A stretch of 64,000 nucleotides of DNA from contig JASTWF010000034.1 in the NCBI GenBank assembly GCA_030390025.1, positions 3,100,001-3,164,000 on the forward strand, written 5' to 3'. This DNA comes from Squalus acanthias (lineage: Eukaryota). Of this stretch, positions 10,744 through 24,483 are shown piece after piece (the first letter of the stretch is position 1; each line of letters opens with the position of its first letter). The notes under the pieces were generated by a model. It saw nothing but the letters and a program-made list of their open reading frames with translations, was not told the origin of the DNA and ran no database searches. A program made the translations under genes and the position numbers.

Positions 10744-12934
10744 ATGGTGGACACGAACGCAGTTTCCGTGAAACTGCCGGAGTTGTGGATAAACCAGCCC
10801 GAAGCCTGGTTTCTCCAAGCTGAGTCCCGATTCCGGCTGCAACGTATCACCACAGATGGTATGAAGTACGACTACCTTGTCACATCACTCGGTAGCTCCA
10901 CAGTTACGAAGTTCTGCACAGCGCTGCAGAACCCACCAGAGGGGTCAAGTATGCACATCTTAAAGCCACGCTCCTTTAAAAATTTACGGCCTCGACATAC
11001 CAGCGAAACTGCCACCTCCTCAACCTTCCAGGCCTCGGTGATGCCTCACCGTCAGACCTCCTCTCCCACATGCTCTCCCTCACCGACGAGAGCCCACCCG
11101 GATCCCTCTTCTGCACGCTGTTCATCCGCCAGCTACCTCTCAGCATCTGCCCAGCGATCGTGGCGTCCGGCCTCACGGACCTGGAAGCCCGGGCAGATGG
11201 GGCCGACAAGCTGTTGTCTGCTCACTCCAGCCGCGACATCACTCCGGACCTGGCAGACACTTCCTGGGCGCGTCCCTCACCGGCCACCACGTGGCCACAA
11301 GGCCCAGCACCGGGCTCACGAGGCCTTCGCGCCCCACTAACCCGGGCCACTGTTACTTCCACAGACGGTTCGGCGCCAGGGCACAACGGTGCACACCTCC
11401 CTGCTCTTTCAAGTCCACCCCCGTAACTACCCCGCGATGGCCGTGGGCCACGCGGGCTCCCTGCTGTATGTCACGGATGACAAAACTTGCCGCCGGTTCC
11501 TATGCGAATCTGGAGCTCAGCACAGCATCATCCCGGCCTCCTCCCTCGACATCCAAAAGGGCAAACGTGGACCGGCGCTGGCTGCTGCTAACGGCTCGGA
11601 CATCCGGACATACAGCACCTGCACAGTCACCCTCGACCTCGCTGGTCACCGCTACCGATGTGAGTTCATCACTGCCAAGGTGCTCTCCCCTCTCATCGGC
11701 GCGGATTTGCTGTGCGCCCACGGCCTACTGGTAGACATCCCTCGACACCACCTCGTGGACATGAACTCCATATCCCCCATCCTGGGCGCCATGGCCCCCG
11801 TCAACCCGCCGACATGGCGTCACAGTGCCACGCCTGGGCCACGGATGACTACTCGGCACTCCTGCCCGAATTCCCGGCCCTTAGCAATCCGAAATTCTCC
11901 ACGGAGGCCGCCAAACACGTGGTGGAACACTTCATCCCCACCACAGGCCCCCCAGTGTATGCCCACACCCGCAGGCTGGACCCGGCCAAACTGGAGATCG
12001 CGCGGACCGATTTTGCCTGCATGGAACAGCTCGGCATCATCAACCGCTCCAACAGTCCCTGGGCATCCCCACTCCACATCGCCCCCAAACAAGGCGGGGG
12101 TTGGCTCCCCTGTGGGGATTACCGCCGCCTCAACGACGCCACCACCGCTGACATCGCCAGAGCCTTCGTCAGCACCTGGGTCGCACGGTTCTGCATCCCC
12201 TCCGACATGACATCGGACAGAGGTCCGCAATTTACCTCTGAACTCTGGACTGCCGTCGCACGCAATCTCGGGGTGACCATTCACTGCACCACAGCATAAC
12301 ACCCCGAAGCCACCGGACTGTGTGAGCGGTTCCAGAGATCCTTGAAGGCATCTCTTCGAGCCAGCCTCCAGGACGGCGCCTGGACCGACCGACTCCCGTG
12401 GGTCCTCCTAGGCCTGTGTACAGCAGTTAAATAAGACCTCCACACATCGGCAGCAGTGCTCGTGTACGGTCAGCCGCTGCGCGTACCCGGCAATTTCCTG
12501 CCCACCGCCACGACACCCTGGTCAGCCGACCAGCAACACCACGACTTCGCCTGACCGGCGCTACTGTTCGTCCCGGTGCCTGACATGGCGAACCCACCTC
12601 ACACGTCCCACTAAGCCTGCACGTGGCACGGTTCGTTTTCGTCCGGCACGACGCCCACCACGGACCTCTTCAACCCCCATACGACGGGCCCTACAAGGTG
12701 CTACAGGCTGGGGACAAATTTTTCACCCTGCAAGTGGGCGACAGGATCGAAAAAATGTCGGTTGACTTACTTAAGCCAGCACAGTCGGAGCCCGGTGAGC
12801 AGGTCCCGGTAGCTCGTCCACCGCCAGTTCACCCGGCTGCTCCACGCCCGGCCGTTCCACGTCCACCGGCGTCCTACAAGAGCCGCTCCAGCCGGCCCAT
12901 CAGACCGCCGCAACATCTCGTTCACACCACCTAA
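10744..12934 (+). pseudogene. gag-pol remnant of the Gypsy element
   Basis: AVSVKLPELW..PEAWFLQAE (gag), CYFHRRFG..RCTPPC (knuckle), FLCESGAQHS and IGADLL (protease), WASPLH..CGDYRRLN (RT start), TSDRGPQF and LQPPYDGPYKV (integrase). Confidence 0.9.
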
Positions 12935-12942
12935 GTGGATTC

Positions 12943-12954
12943 TGGGGGGAGCTG
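12943..12954 (+). promoter_or_regulatory. Polypurine tract of the Gypsy element
   Basis: TGGGGGGAGCTG directly before the 3' LTR. Confidence 0.75.
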
Positions 12955-13189
12955 TGTGGCGGAACGCCACCTAAACGGGCGCATTCCACTTTTCCGTCCG
13001 TGGACAATAAATCGGGCACCTTGCCTTTAAGGCGCATTCTGCCTTTAAGGCAGGACAAAAGGAGTGGGCGTGGCCTCTGGGTTTTTGCAGAGAAATGTTG
13101 TAGCAGCCATTTTACCAGAGATGTGATTAAAAGCTATGTGTTTCACATATTGACTCGGCCTCAATTCGTGCTTCGCGGCAGCCACAGCA
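12955..13189 (+). repeat. 3' LTR (235 bp)
   Basis: TGTGGCGGAACG...GCCACAGCA followed by ATAT and resumed satellite. Confidence 0.95.
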
Positions 13190-14949
13190 ATATAGTCAAT
13201 TGTTTATTTGACATGATACCCTCTACACTGAGGAATAAAGATAGTCAGTTTTTTATTTGACATGATACCCTCTACACCTGAGAATAAAGTTACAGTTAAT
13301 TGTTAATTTGACATGATTCTCTCTACACCGGGGAATAAAGTTACAGTTAATTGTTAATTTGATAGGATGCCATCTACACCGGGGAATAATGTTACAGTTA
13401 AATATTAATTTAGACATAATTCCCTCTAATCCTGGGAATAAAGTTACAGTTAATTATTTATTTGACATGATACACTCTGCTCCAGGGAAAGAAATTACAG
13501 TCAATTATTAATTTGACATTATACCCTCTGCACCGGGGAATAAAGTTACAGGTAATTGTTAATTTAGACATGATTCCCTCTAGACCAGTGAATAAACTTA
13601 CAAATAATTGTTTATTGGATATGATTCCCTCTACACCAGGGAATAAAGTTTCAATCAATTGCTAATTTGACATGTTACCCACTGAACCTGGGAATAAAGT
13701 TACAGTTAATTGTTAATGTAGACATGATTCCCTCCACACCGGGGAATAAAGTTACAGTTAATTGTTAATTTAGACAGGATGCCCTCCACACCAGTGAGTA
13801 AAGTTACAGTTAATTTTAAATTTGACATGATATCCTCTACACCAGAGAATAAAGTTATAGTTAATTGTTAATTTGACATGATACCCTCTACACCGGGGAA
13901 TAAAGTTTCAGTTAAACTTGAATTTGACATGTTACCCTCTACACCAGTGAATAAACTTAACGTTAATTGTCAATTGGACATGATATCCTCTATATCGGGG
14001 AATAAATTAGCAGTTAATTGTTAATTTGACAAGATATCCTCTACACCGGGAAAAAAGTTGCTGTTACTTGTTAATTTGGACATGTAACCCTCTACACCAG
14101 TGAATAAAGTTACAGTTAATTGTTAATTTAGATATGATACCCTCTACTCCGGGGATTAAATGTACAGTTAATTGTTAATTTTAGATGATGACCTGTAAAC
14201 CGGGGAATAAAATTAACGTTAATTGTTAATTTGACATGATAAACTATGCACCGGGGAATAAAGTAACAGAAATTGTTAATTTAGATATGATAATCTATAC
14301 ACCAGGGAATAAAGTTACAGTTAATTGTTAATTTAGACATGATGCCCTCCAAACCGTGGAATAAAGTTACAGTTAATTGTTAATTTAGACATGATACCCT
14401 CTACACTGTGGAATAAAATTACTGTTCATTTTTAGTTTGACATGATATCCTCTACACCAGAGAATACATTTAGTTAATTATTAAATTGACATGATGTCCT
14501 CTACACCTGGGGTTAAAGTTACACTTAATTACTAATTTTGAAATGATGCCCTCTACTCCGGGAAATAAAGTTACAGTTAATTGTTAATTTTGACATGATG
14601 CCCTCTACACCGGGGAATAACGTTATGTTTAATTGTTCATTTTCTCATGATACCCTTTACACTGGGGATTAAAGTTGAAGTTGATTGTTCATTTGACAAG
14701 GTAGGCTCTACACTGTGGAGTAATGTTACATTGAATTGTTTTTTTTGACATGAAACCTCGACACTGGGCAATAAAGATACAGTCAATTGTTAATTTGAAA
14801 TGATACCCTCTACACCGGGGAATAAAGTTACAGTTAATTGTTAATTTAGACCTGAAACCCTCTACCCTGGGGAATAAAGTTGCAGTTAATGGTTAATTTG
14901 ACAGGATTCCCTCTACACCGGAGAATAAAGTTACACTTAATTGTTAATT
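13190..14949. repeat. 51/52-bp satellite, diverged monomeric block 2
   Basis: Same monomer, resuming in phase with block 1 (GAATAAAG-ATAT-AGTCAATTG). Confidence 0.97.
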
Positions 14950-14961
14950 AGGAACAGTTTC

Positions 14962-15182
14962 GGAAGCGGAGAGAGCAGCAGCACAGTGAGTATTTAAACT
15001 CACTTTCGCGGGCTTTTTTACAGGGGTCAGTGTCTGGAGCGGAGAGAGCAACAGCACAGTGAGGATTTAAACTCACTTTCGCGGGGTTTTTCCAGAGGCC
15101 AGTGTCGGGAGCGGAGAGAGCAGCAGCAGAGTAAGTAGTTAAACTCACTTCTGTGGGCTTTTTACAGAGGCCAGTGTCGGGA
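14962..15182 (+). repeat. Three tandem 72-73-bp monomers in the CR1 5' UTR
   Basis: GCGGAGAGAGCA recurs at 14966, 15039 and 15111, each followed by AAACTCACTT..CAGTGTC. Confidence 0.9.
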
Positions 15183-15269
15183 AAGGGATCTTGAGTATAT
15201 CATTTAATTGAAGTGAAATTGGTGGGATTCATTTAATTTAATTTTAATTAATTAATTAAAGGGTAAGTC

Positions 15270-16219
15270 ATGGCAGGAGAGCTCCGCCCCGTGATATGCT
15301 CCTCCGGCAATATGTGGGAAATCAGGGACCCTTCCGGTGTCCCTGACGACCATGTGTGTGGGAAGTGTATCCAGCTGCAACTACTGCTAGACCGCATTGC
15401 AGCGCTGGAACTGCGGATGGATGCTTATTGGAGCATTCGCGACGCTGAGAACGTCGTGGATAGCACGTTTCGCGAGTTGGTCACACTGCAGATAAAGGGT
15501 GTACAGGCAGGAAGTGAATGGGTGACCACCAGGCAGAGTAAGAGGTGAAGGCAGGTAGTACAAGGGACCCCTGTGGCCAAGCCCCTCTCAAACAGATATA
15601 CCACTTTGGATACTGTTGGGGCGGATGACTTATCAGGGGAAGGCAGCAGCAGCCAACTTCCTGGCACCATGGGTGGCTCTGCTGCACAGGCTGGGAGGAA
15701 AACGTGTGGAAGGGCTATAGTAATAGGGGACTCAATTGTAAGGGGAATAGATATGCGTTTCTGCGGCCGCAAACGAGACTCCAGGACGGTGTGTTGCCTC
15801 CCTGGTGCAAGGGTCAAGGACCTCTCAGAGCGGCTACAGAACATTTTGGAGGGGGAGGGCGAACTGCCCGTTGTCGTGGTGCACATAGGCATCAACGCTA
15901 TAGGTAAAAAAAGGGATGAGTTCCTAAAAGCAGAATATAGGGAGTTAGGAGGTAAATTATAAAATAGGACATCAAAGATAGTAATCTCAGGATTGCTACC
16001 AGTGCCACGTGCAGTCAGAGTAGAAATAGGAGGATATTTCAAATGAATACGTGGCTAGAGGAATGGTGCAAGGGGGAGGGATTCAAATTCCTTGGACATT
16101 GGAACCGGTTCTGGGGGAGGTGGGACCAGTACAAACGGGACGGTCTGCACCTGCGCAGGGCCGGGACCGATGTCCTAGGGGGAGTGTTTGCGAGTGCAAT
16201 TGGGGAGGGTTTAAACTAA
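15270..16219 (+). pseudogene. CR1 ORF1p: zinc finger/leucine zipper plus SGNH esterase
   Basis: VICSSG..VCGKC..LLLDRIAALEL, then IVIGDSIVRG, VCCLPGA, VVVHIGIN, DGLHL. Stops at 15546 and 15960 and a frameshift near 16015. Confidence 0.9.
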
Positions 16220-16398
16220 AGTGGCAGGGGTTTGGGAACCTGAGCAGGGAGACAGAAGAAAGGGAAACAAGGATAAAAGCGAAAGACAGGATGGAGAAAA
16301 ACAAAAGTAGAAGTGAAAGAACTCAACGGTTTAAATCAAACATGGTCACAGTAAATAATAATTCATAAACGTCTGAGAGCCTTAAAAAAACAAGCCTG

Positions 16399-19181
16399 AA
16401 GGCTTTGTGTCTTAATGCAAGGAGCATTCGGAACAAGGTGGATGAATTAGCTGCGCAACTAGAGGTAAATGAATACGATTTGATTGGGATTGCAGAAAAA
16501 TGGCTCCAGGGTGGCCAAGTCGGGGAACTCAACATGCATGGGTATTCAATATTTAGGAAAGATAGGCAAAAAAGAAAGGGAGGTGGGGTAGCATGGCTGG
16601 TAAAAGAGGGGATTAACACAATTGAAAGAAGGATATTAGCTCTGATGATGCGGAAACTGTATGGGTAGAACTGAGAAATAACTAGCGGCAGAAAACGATA
16701 GTGGGAGTGGTATATAGACCTCCAAACAGTAATACGAATGTTGGGGACCACATTAAAAGGGAAATTAGAGAAGCATGCAGTAAGGGCACAGCAGTCATCA
16801 TGGGTGACTTTAATTTACATATAGACTGGGCTAACCAAATTAGTAAAAGTACCGTGGAGGAGGAATTCCTAGAATGTTTACGGGATGGTTTTATGGAACA
16901 ATATGTCGAGGAACCAACCAGAGATCAGGCCATCTCAGTCTGGGTATTATTTAACGAGAAAGGATTAATTAGCAATCTTGTTGTACGTGGCCCCTTGGGT
17001 CAAAGTGATCATAATATGATAGAATTCTTCATTAGGAGGGAGAGTGAAGTAGTTGAAGTAGAGACTTAGGGTCCTGAATTTAAATAAAGAAAACTTCGAT
17101 GGTTTGAGGCGCGAATTTCGTAGGATTGATTGGGGAATGTCACTGAAAGGGTTGACGGTGGATAGGCAATGGCAAACATTCAAAGACTGCATGGATGAAC
17201 TACAGAATTTGTTCATCCAAGTGTGGCATAAGAATAAAGCAAAAAGGGTGACTCAACCGTGGCTAACAAGGGAAATTAAGGATAGCATGAGATCCAATGA
17301 GAGGGCATATAAATTGCCCAGAAAAAGCGGTAACCGAGAGGATTGGGAGCAGTTTAGGATTCAACAAAGGAGGACAAAGGGATTAATTAGGAAGGGGAAA
17401 ATAGTATATGAAAGTAAGCTTGCAGGGAACATAAAAACTGACTGTAAGAGCTTTTATAGATATGTGAAGAGAAAAAGATTAGTGAAATCAAGTGTAGGTC
17501 CCTTGCAGTCAGAAGCGGGGGCAGTTATAATTGGGAACAAAGAAATGGCAGACCAATTAAATGCATATTTTGGTTCTGTCTTCACAAAGGAGGACATAAA
17601 TAACCTCCCAGAGATGTTGAAGAACATAGGTTCTGATGAAAGGGAGGAACTGAAAGAAATCAGTATTTGCAGGGAAATAGTGTTAGGGAAATTGACGGGA
17701 TTGAAGGGCGATAAATCCTCAGGGCCTGATAATCTACATCCTAGGGTAATTAAGGAAGAGGCTCTAGAAATAGTAGATGCATTGCTGGTCATCTTCCAAC
17801 ATTCGATGGAATCTGGAAATGTACCCGTGGATTGGAGGGTAGCTAATGTTACCCCACTATTCAAAAAGGGTGGTAGAGAGAAAGCCTGACATCGGTAGTG
17901 GGGGAAATGCTAGAGTCCATTATAAAGGATGTAACAGCTGAGCACTTGAAAAACAGTGACAGGATCGGACAAAGTCAACATGGATTTACAAAAGTTAAAT
18001 CGTGCTTGACTAATCTACTGGAATTTTTTGAGGATGTTACTGGGAAAATAGATAAAGGAGAACCAATACATGTGGTGTATTTGGACTTTCAAAATGCTTT
18101 CGATATGGTCCCGCATAAGATATTAGCGTGTAAAGTTAAGGCACATGGGATTGGGGGCAAGGTATTGACTTGGATAGAGAACTGATTGGCGGACAGAAAG
18201 CAGAGAGTAGGAATTAATGGGTCTTTTTCCGAGTGGCAGGCAGTGACTAGTGGGGTACCGCAGGGATCGGTTCTTGGAACCCAGCTATTCACAATATACA
18301 TTAATGATCTAGCTAAGGGAACTAAATGTAATATCTCCAAGTTTGCAGATCACACAAAGCTGGGTGGGCGTGTGTGCTGCGAGGAGGATACCGAGAAACT
18401 CCAGGATGATTTGGACAGGTTGGGTGAGTGGGTAGAAGCGTGGCAGATGTAATATAACGTGGATAAATGCGAGGTTATCCACTTTGGTGTCAAAAACAGA
18501 AAGGCAGGCTATTTTCCGAATGGCAATAGATTGGGAGAAGGGGAAGTGCAACGAGACCTGGGTGTCCTTGTGCACCAGTCGCTGAAGATAAGCATGCAGG
18601 TGCAGCAGGCGTTGAAGAAGGCAAATGGTATGTTGGCCTTCATAGTGAAAGGTTTTGAGTATAGGAACAGGGATGTCCTGCTGCAGTTGTACAGGGCCTT
18701 GGTGAGACCACACCTTGAGTACTGTGTGCAGTTTCGGTCACCTTATCTGAGGAAGGATGTTCTTGCCGTGGAAGGAGTTCAGCGAAGATTCACAAGGCTG
18801 ATACCTGGGATGGTAGGAATCACATATGAGGAGAGATTGGGTCGATTGGGCTTATACTCGCTGGAGTATAGAAGAATGAGAGGGGATCTCATCGAAGCAT
18901 CTAAAATTCTGACAGGTCTGGACAAACTAGATACAGGAAGAATGTTCCCGATGTTCGGAGACTCAAGAACCAGGGGTCATAATCGAAGGATAAGGGGTAA
19001 GCCATTTAGGACAGAAATGAGGGAAAATGTCTTCACCTAGAGAGTGGTGAATCTGTGTAATTCTCTACCACAGAAGGTAGTTGAGGCCAAGTCATTAAAT
19101 ATATTCAAGAATGAGTTAGATATATTTCTTAAAGATAAAGGTATCAAGGAATATGGGGAGAAGGCAGGTACAGGGTACTGA
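16399..19181 (+). pseudogene. CR1 ORF2p: AP endonuclease plus reverse transcriptase, disrupted
   Basis: CLNARSIRNK, GVVYRPP, MGDFN, SDH (APE); QHGF, YLDFQNAFD, GVPQGSVLG, KFADHTKL (FADD mutated). Multiple stops and frameshifts. Confidence 0.95.
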
Positions 19182-20224
19182 GTTTGGATGATCAGCCATG
19201 ATCTCATCGAATGGCGGAGCAGGCTCGAGGGTTCAAATGGCCTACTCCTGCTCCTATCTTCTATGTTTCTATGTAAGACATGATTCCATCTACACCGGGG
19301 AATATAGTAATAGTTAATTAATAATTTGACAAGATACACTCTATATCATGGAATAAAGTTACAGTTCATTGTTAATTTAGACATGATACTCTCTACAACG
19401 GGGAATAATGTTTCAGTTAATTGTTAATGTGACATGATACCCTCTACACCGGGGATGAAGTTACAGTTAATTGTTAATTTGACATGATACCCTCCACACC
19501 AGGGATTAAAGTTACAGTTAATTGTTAATTTAGACATGATATCATCTACACCAGAGAACAAAGTTACAGTTCATTTTTAATTTAGACATTATACCCTCTA
19601 CACCGGGGAATAAAGTTACAGTTAATTGTTAATTGAGACATGTTTTCCTCTACACTGGGGAATTTTGTTACAGTTAATTGTTAATTTAGACATTATATCC
19701 TCTACACTAGAGAATAAAGTTACTGTTAATTTTTAATTTGACGTGATACCCTCTACACCAGAGAATAAATTTACAGTTAATTGTTAATTTGACATGACAC
19801 CCTCTACACCGGGGAATAAAGTTACAGTTAATTTTTAATGTGACATGATACCCTCTACATCGGGGAATAAAGTTATAGTTAATTGTTAATTTGACATGAT
19901 ATCCTCTGCACCAGAGAAAAAAGTTACAATAACTTGTTAATTTGATATAATACCCTCTACACCAGCGAATACATTTCCAGTTATTTGTTAATTTGACATG
20001 ATAGCGTCTTCACCAGAAATAAAGTTACATTTAACTGTTAATTTGACATGATATCCTCTACACTGGGGCATGAAGATTAAGTTAATTATTAATTTGACAT
20101 GATGCCCTCTACACCGGGGAATAAATTTACAGTCAATTGTTAATTTAGACATGATTCCCTCTACAGCAGGGAATAATGTTACAGTTCATTGTTAATTTAG
20201 ACATGCTATAATCGACGCCGGGGA

Positions 20225-23200
20225 ATAATGTTACAGTTAATTGCTAATTATACAAGATACCCTCTAGACCGGGGAATAAAAATTACAGTTTATTGCTAAA
20301 TTGACATGATACCCTCTACACTGGGGAATAAAGATACAGTCAATTGTTAATTTGCCATGGTGCACACTTCACCGGGAAATAAAGTAACAGTCAATTGATA
20401 AATTAATCATGATAGCCTCTGCACCGGGGAATAAATTTTAAGTTAAATGTTAACTTTACATGATTCCATCGATCCGGGGATTAAAGTTACAGTCAATTGT
20501 TAACTTAACATGATACCCACTGCACTGGGGAATAAAGGAAAAGTCAAATGTTAATTTAGTTATGATACCCTCTGCACCGGGGAATAAAGATTCAGTTAAA
20601 TGTTAATCTGAGATGATTCCCTCTACACCGTGCAATAAAGTTACAGTTAAATGTTAATTTACATGATGCCCTCTACACCGTGTAATAAAGTTGCAGTTAA
20701 TTGTTAATTTAGATATGATTCCCTATACACAGGGGTATAAATTTATAGTTAATTATTAATTTGACATGATGCCCTCTACATCTTGTAATAAAGTTACAGT
20801 TCATTGTTAATATAGACATGTTAACCTCTACACCAAAGAATGTTGTTACAGTTCATTGTTAATTTAGACATGATACCCTCGACACTGTGGAATAAAGTAA
20901 CAATTATTTTTTAATATGACATGATATCCTGTACACCACACAATAAAGTTACAGTTAATTGTTAATTTGACATGATACCCTCCACACTGTGAAATAAAGT
21001 TACAGTCATTTTTTTTGAACATGATATCCTCTACACCGGGGAATAAAGAGGCAGTTAATTGGAAATGGTACCCTCCAGACCGGGGAATAAAGTTACAGTT
21101 AATTGTTAATTTCGACATGGGGCCCTCTACACTGGGGAATATAGTTACAGTTCATTGTTAATTGAGACGTGATATCCTTTAATCCGGGGAATAATTTTAC
21201 AGCTAATTGTTAATTTAGACATGATAAACTCTGCACTGTGGATTAAAGTAACAGATAATTGTTAATTTATACATGAAATACTCTACACCACAGAATAAAG
21301 CTACATTTAATGTTTAATTTGACATGATATCCTGTACACGAGAGAATAAATTTACAGTTAATTTTTAATCTGACATAATATCCTCTATACCGGGGAATAA
21401 AGTTAATTTAATTGGTAATTTGATATGATATCCTCTACACTGGGGAAAAATGTTCTGTTAATTGTTAATTTAGACATGATACTCTCTACACCAGATAATA
21501 AATTTACAGTTAATTGTTAATTTAGACATGATACGCTCTACACTCGAGACTAAATTTACAGTTAATTGTTAATTTAGACATGATACCCTCTACACCAGAA
21601 AACAAAGTTACAGTTAATTGTTGAATGTATATGATACCCTCAACACTGTGGAATAATGTTACAGTTATTTTTTTTTAACATGGTAATCTCTACACTGGGG
21701 AATACAGATACAGTTAATTTGAAATGATATCCTCTACACCGGGAAAAAATCACAGTTAATTGTTAATTTTGACATGATACACTCTACACCCTGGAATAAA
21801 GTTAAAGTCAATTATTAATTTGATATGATACCCTCGGCACCGGGGAATAAAGTAAAGTTCAATTGTTAAATTAGACATTAAATCCTCCACACCGGGGAAT
21901 AAAGTTACAGTTAATTTTTAAATCGACATGATGCACTCTACACCGGTGAATAAAGTTACAGTTAATTGTTAATTTAGTTATGATGACTTCTACATACGGG
22001 AAAAAAATTACAGTTATTTGTTAATTCAGATGTGTTTCCCTCCACACCGTGAAACAAATTTACAGTTTATTGTAAATTAAGAAAAGATTCCCACCACACC
22101 AGGGAATAAAGTTACTGTCAATTGATAATTTGACATGATACCCTCTACATCAGGGTATAAAGTTACACGTTAATTGTTATTTTAGATATCTTGGCCTCTA
22201 CACTGAGGATATAAGGTTACAGGTAATTGTTAATTTGACATGATATCCTCAACACCGGGGAATAAAGTTACAGTTAATTGCTAATTATACAAGATACCTT
22301 CTAGACCGGGGAATAAAAATTACAGTTTATTGCTAAATTGACATGATACCCTCTACACTGGGGAATAAAGATACAGTCAATTGTTAATTTGGCATGGTAC
22401 ACACTTCACCGGGAAATAAAGTAACAGTCAATTGATAAATTAATCATGATAGCCTCTGCACCGGGGAATAAATTTTAAGTTAAATGTTAACTTGACATGA
22501 TTCCATCGATCCGGGGATTAAAGTTACAGTCAATTGTTAACTTAACATGATACCCACTGCACTGGGGAATAAAGGAAAAGTCAAATGTTAATTTAGTTAT
22601 GATACCCTCTGCACCGGGGAATAAAGTTTCAGTTAAATGTTAATCTGAGATGATTCCCTCTACACCGTGCAATAAAGTTACAGTTAAATGTTAATTTGAC
22701 ATGATGCCCTCTACACCGTGTAATAAAGTTGCAGTTAATTGTTAATTTAGATATGATTCCCTATACACAGGGGTATAAATTTATAGTTAATTATTAATTT
22801 GACATGATGCCCTCTACACCGTGTAATAAAGTTACAGTTCATTGTTAATTTAGACATGTTAACCTCTACACCAAAGAATGTTGTTACAGTTAATTGTTAA
22901 TTTAGACATGATACCCTCGACACTGTGGAATAAAGTAACAGTTATTTTTTAATTTGACATGATATCCTGTACACCAGACAATAAAGTTACAGTTAATTGT
23001 TAATTTGACATGATACCCTCCACACTGTGTAATAAAGTTACAGTCATTTTTTTTGAACATGATATCCTCTACACCGGGGAATAAAGAGGCAGTTAATTGG
23101 AAATGGTACCCTCTAGACCGGGGAATAAAGTTACAGTTAATTGTTAATTTCGACATGGGGCCCTCTACACTGGGGAATATAGTTACAGTTCATTGTTAAT

Positions 23201-24300
23201 TGAGACGTGATATCCTTTAATCCGGGGAATCATTTTACAGCTAATTGTTAATTTAGACATGATAAACTCTGCACTGTGGATTAAAGTAACAGATAATTGT
23301 TAATTTATACATGATATACTCTACACCACAGAATAAAGCTACATTTAATGTTTAATTTGACATGATATCCTGTACACGAGAGAATAAATTTACAGTTAAT
23401 TTTTAATCTGACATAATATCCTCTACACCGGGGAATAAAGTTAATTTAATTGGTAATTTGATATGATATCCTCTACACTGGGGAAAAATGTTCTGTTAAT
23501 TGTTAATTTAGACATGATACTCTCTACACCAGATAATAAATTTACAGTTAATTGTTAATTTAGACATGATACGCTCTACACTCGAGACTAAATTTACAGT
23601 TAATTGTTAATTTAGACATGATACCCTCTACACCAGAAAACAAAGTTACAGTTAATTGTTGAATGTATATGATACCCTCAACACTGTGGAATAATGTTAC
23701 AGTTATTTTTTTTTAACATGGTAATCTCTACACTGGGGAATACAGATACAGTTAATTTGAAATGATATCCTCTACACCGGGAAAAAATCACAGTCAATTG
23801 TTAATTTTGACATGATACACTCTACACCCTGGAATAAAGTTAAAGTCAATTATTAATTTAATATGATACCCTCGGCACCGGGGAATAAAGTAAAGGTCAA
23901 TTGTTAAATTAGACATTGAATCCTCCACACCGGGGAATAAAGTTACAGTTAATTTTTAAATCGACATGATGCCCTCTACACCGGTGAATAAAGTTACAGT
24001 TAATTGTTAATTTAGTTATGATGACTTCTACATACGGGAAAAAAATTACAGTTATTTGTTAATTCAGATGTGTTTCCCTCCACACCGTGAAACAAATTTA
24101 CAATTTATTGTAAATTAAGAAAAGATTCCCACCACACCAGGGAATAAAGTTACTGTCAATTGATAATTTGACATGATACCCTCTACATCAGGGTATAAAG
24201 TTACACGTTAATTGTTATTTTAGATATCTTGGCCTCTACACTGAGGATATAAGGTTACAGGTAATTGTTAATTTGACATGATACCCTCAACACCGGGGAA
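20225..24300. repeat. Tandem duplication of a 2.04-kb satellite block (about 40 monomers)
   Basis: Variant strings recur 2037-2038 bp apart (CTAATTATACAAG 20244/22281; TTTAGATATCTTGGCC 22181/24219; ORFs 20864/22902). Ends approximate. Confidence 0.9.
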
Positions 24301-24483
24301 TAAAGTTACAGTTAATTGTTACTTTGACATGCTACCCTCTACACCGGGGAATAAAGTGACAGTTAATTGTTAATTTTACATGATGCACTCAACACCGGGG
24401 AATAAATTTGAAGTGATTTTTTAATCTGTCATGATAACCTCTATACTGGGGAATAAAGTTACACTTAATTGTTAATTTAGACA

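Larger units (their letters stand above)
10469..13189 (+). mobile_element. Internally deleted Ty3/Gypsy LTR retrotransposon (2721 bp) with both LTRs
   Basis: Two 235-bp TG...CA direct repeats, PBS, PPT, gag-PR-partial RT-partial IN. 4-bp TSD ATAT at 9699-9702 (displaced by the MITE) and 13190-13193. Confidence 0.95.
14950..19274 (+). mobile_element. Essentially full-length, decayed CR1-clade LINE (shark HER1-like)
   Basis: 5' UTR with tandem monomers, ORF1, ORF2 (APE plus RT), 3' UTR GATCAGCCATGATC..GGAGCAGGCTCGAGG..CCTACTCCTGCTCCTA and TTCTATGT tail. No clear TSD. Confidence 0.95.

Noticed and set aside
9703..13189. A single TG...CA element flanked by ATAT with a long 5' LTR
   Set aside because: 9704-10466 has no counterpart in the 3' LTR and has its own TIRs and ATT duplication, so it is a separate later insertion.
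15573..16219. Host SGNH/GDSL esterase gene
   Set aside because: It is the esterase domain normally found in CR1 ORF1p, and it is disrupted.
11500..18713. Antisense ORFs over the Gypsy and CR1 coding regions (e.g. 11820..12302, 15425..16042, 17454..17864)
   Set aside because: Shadow frames of sense-strand retroelement genes with no independent motifs.
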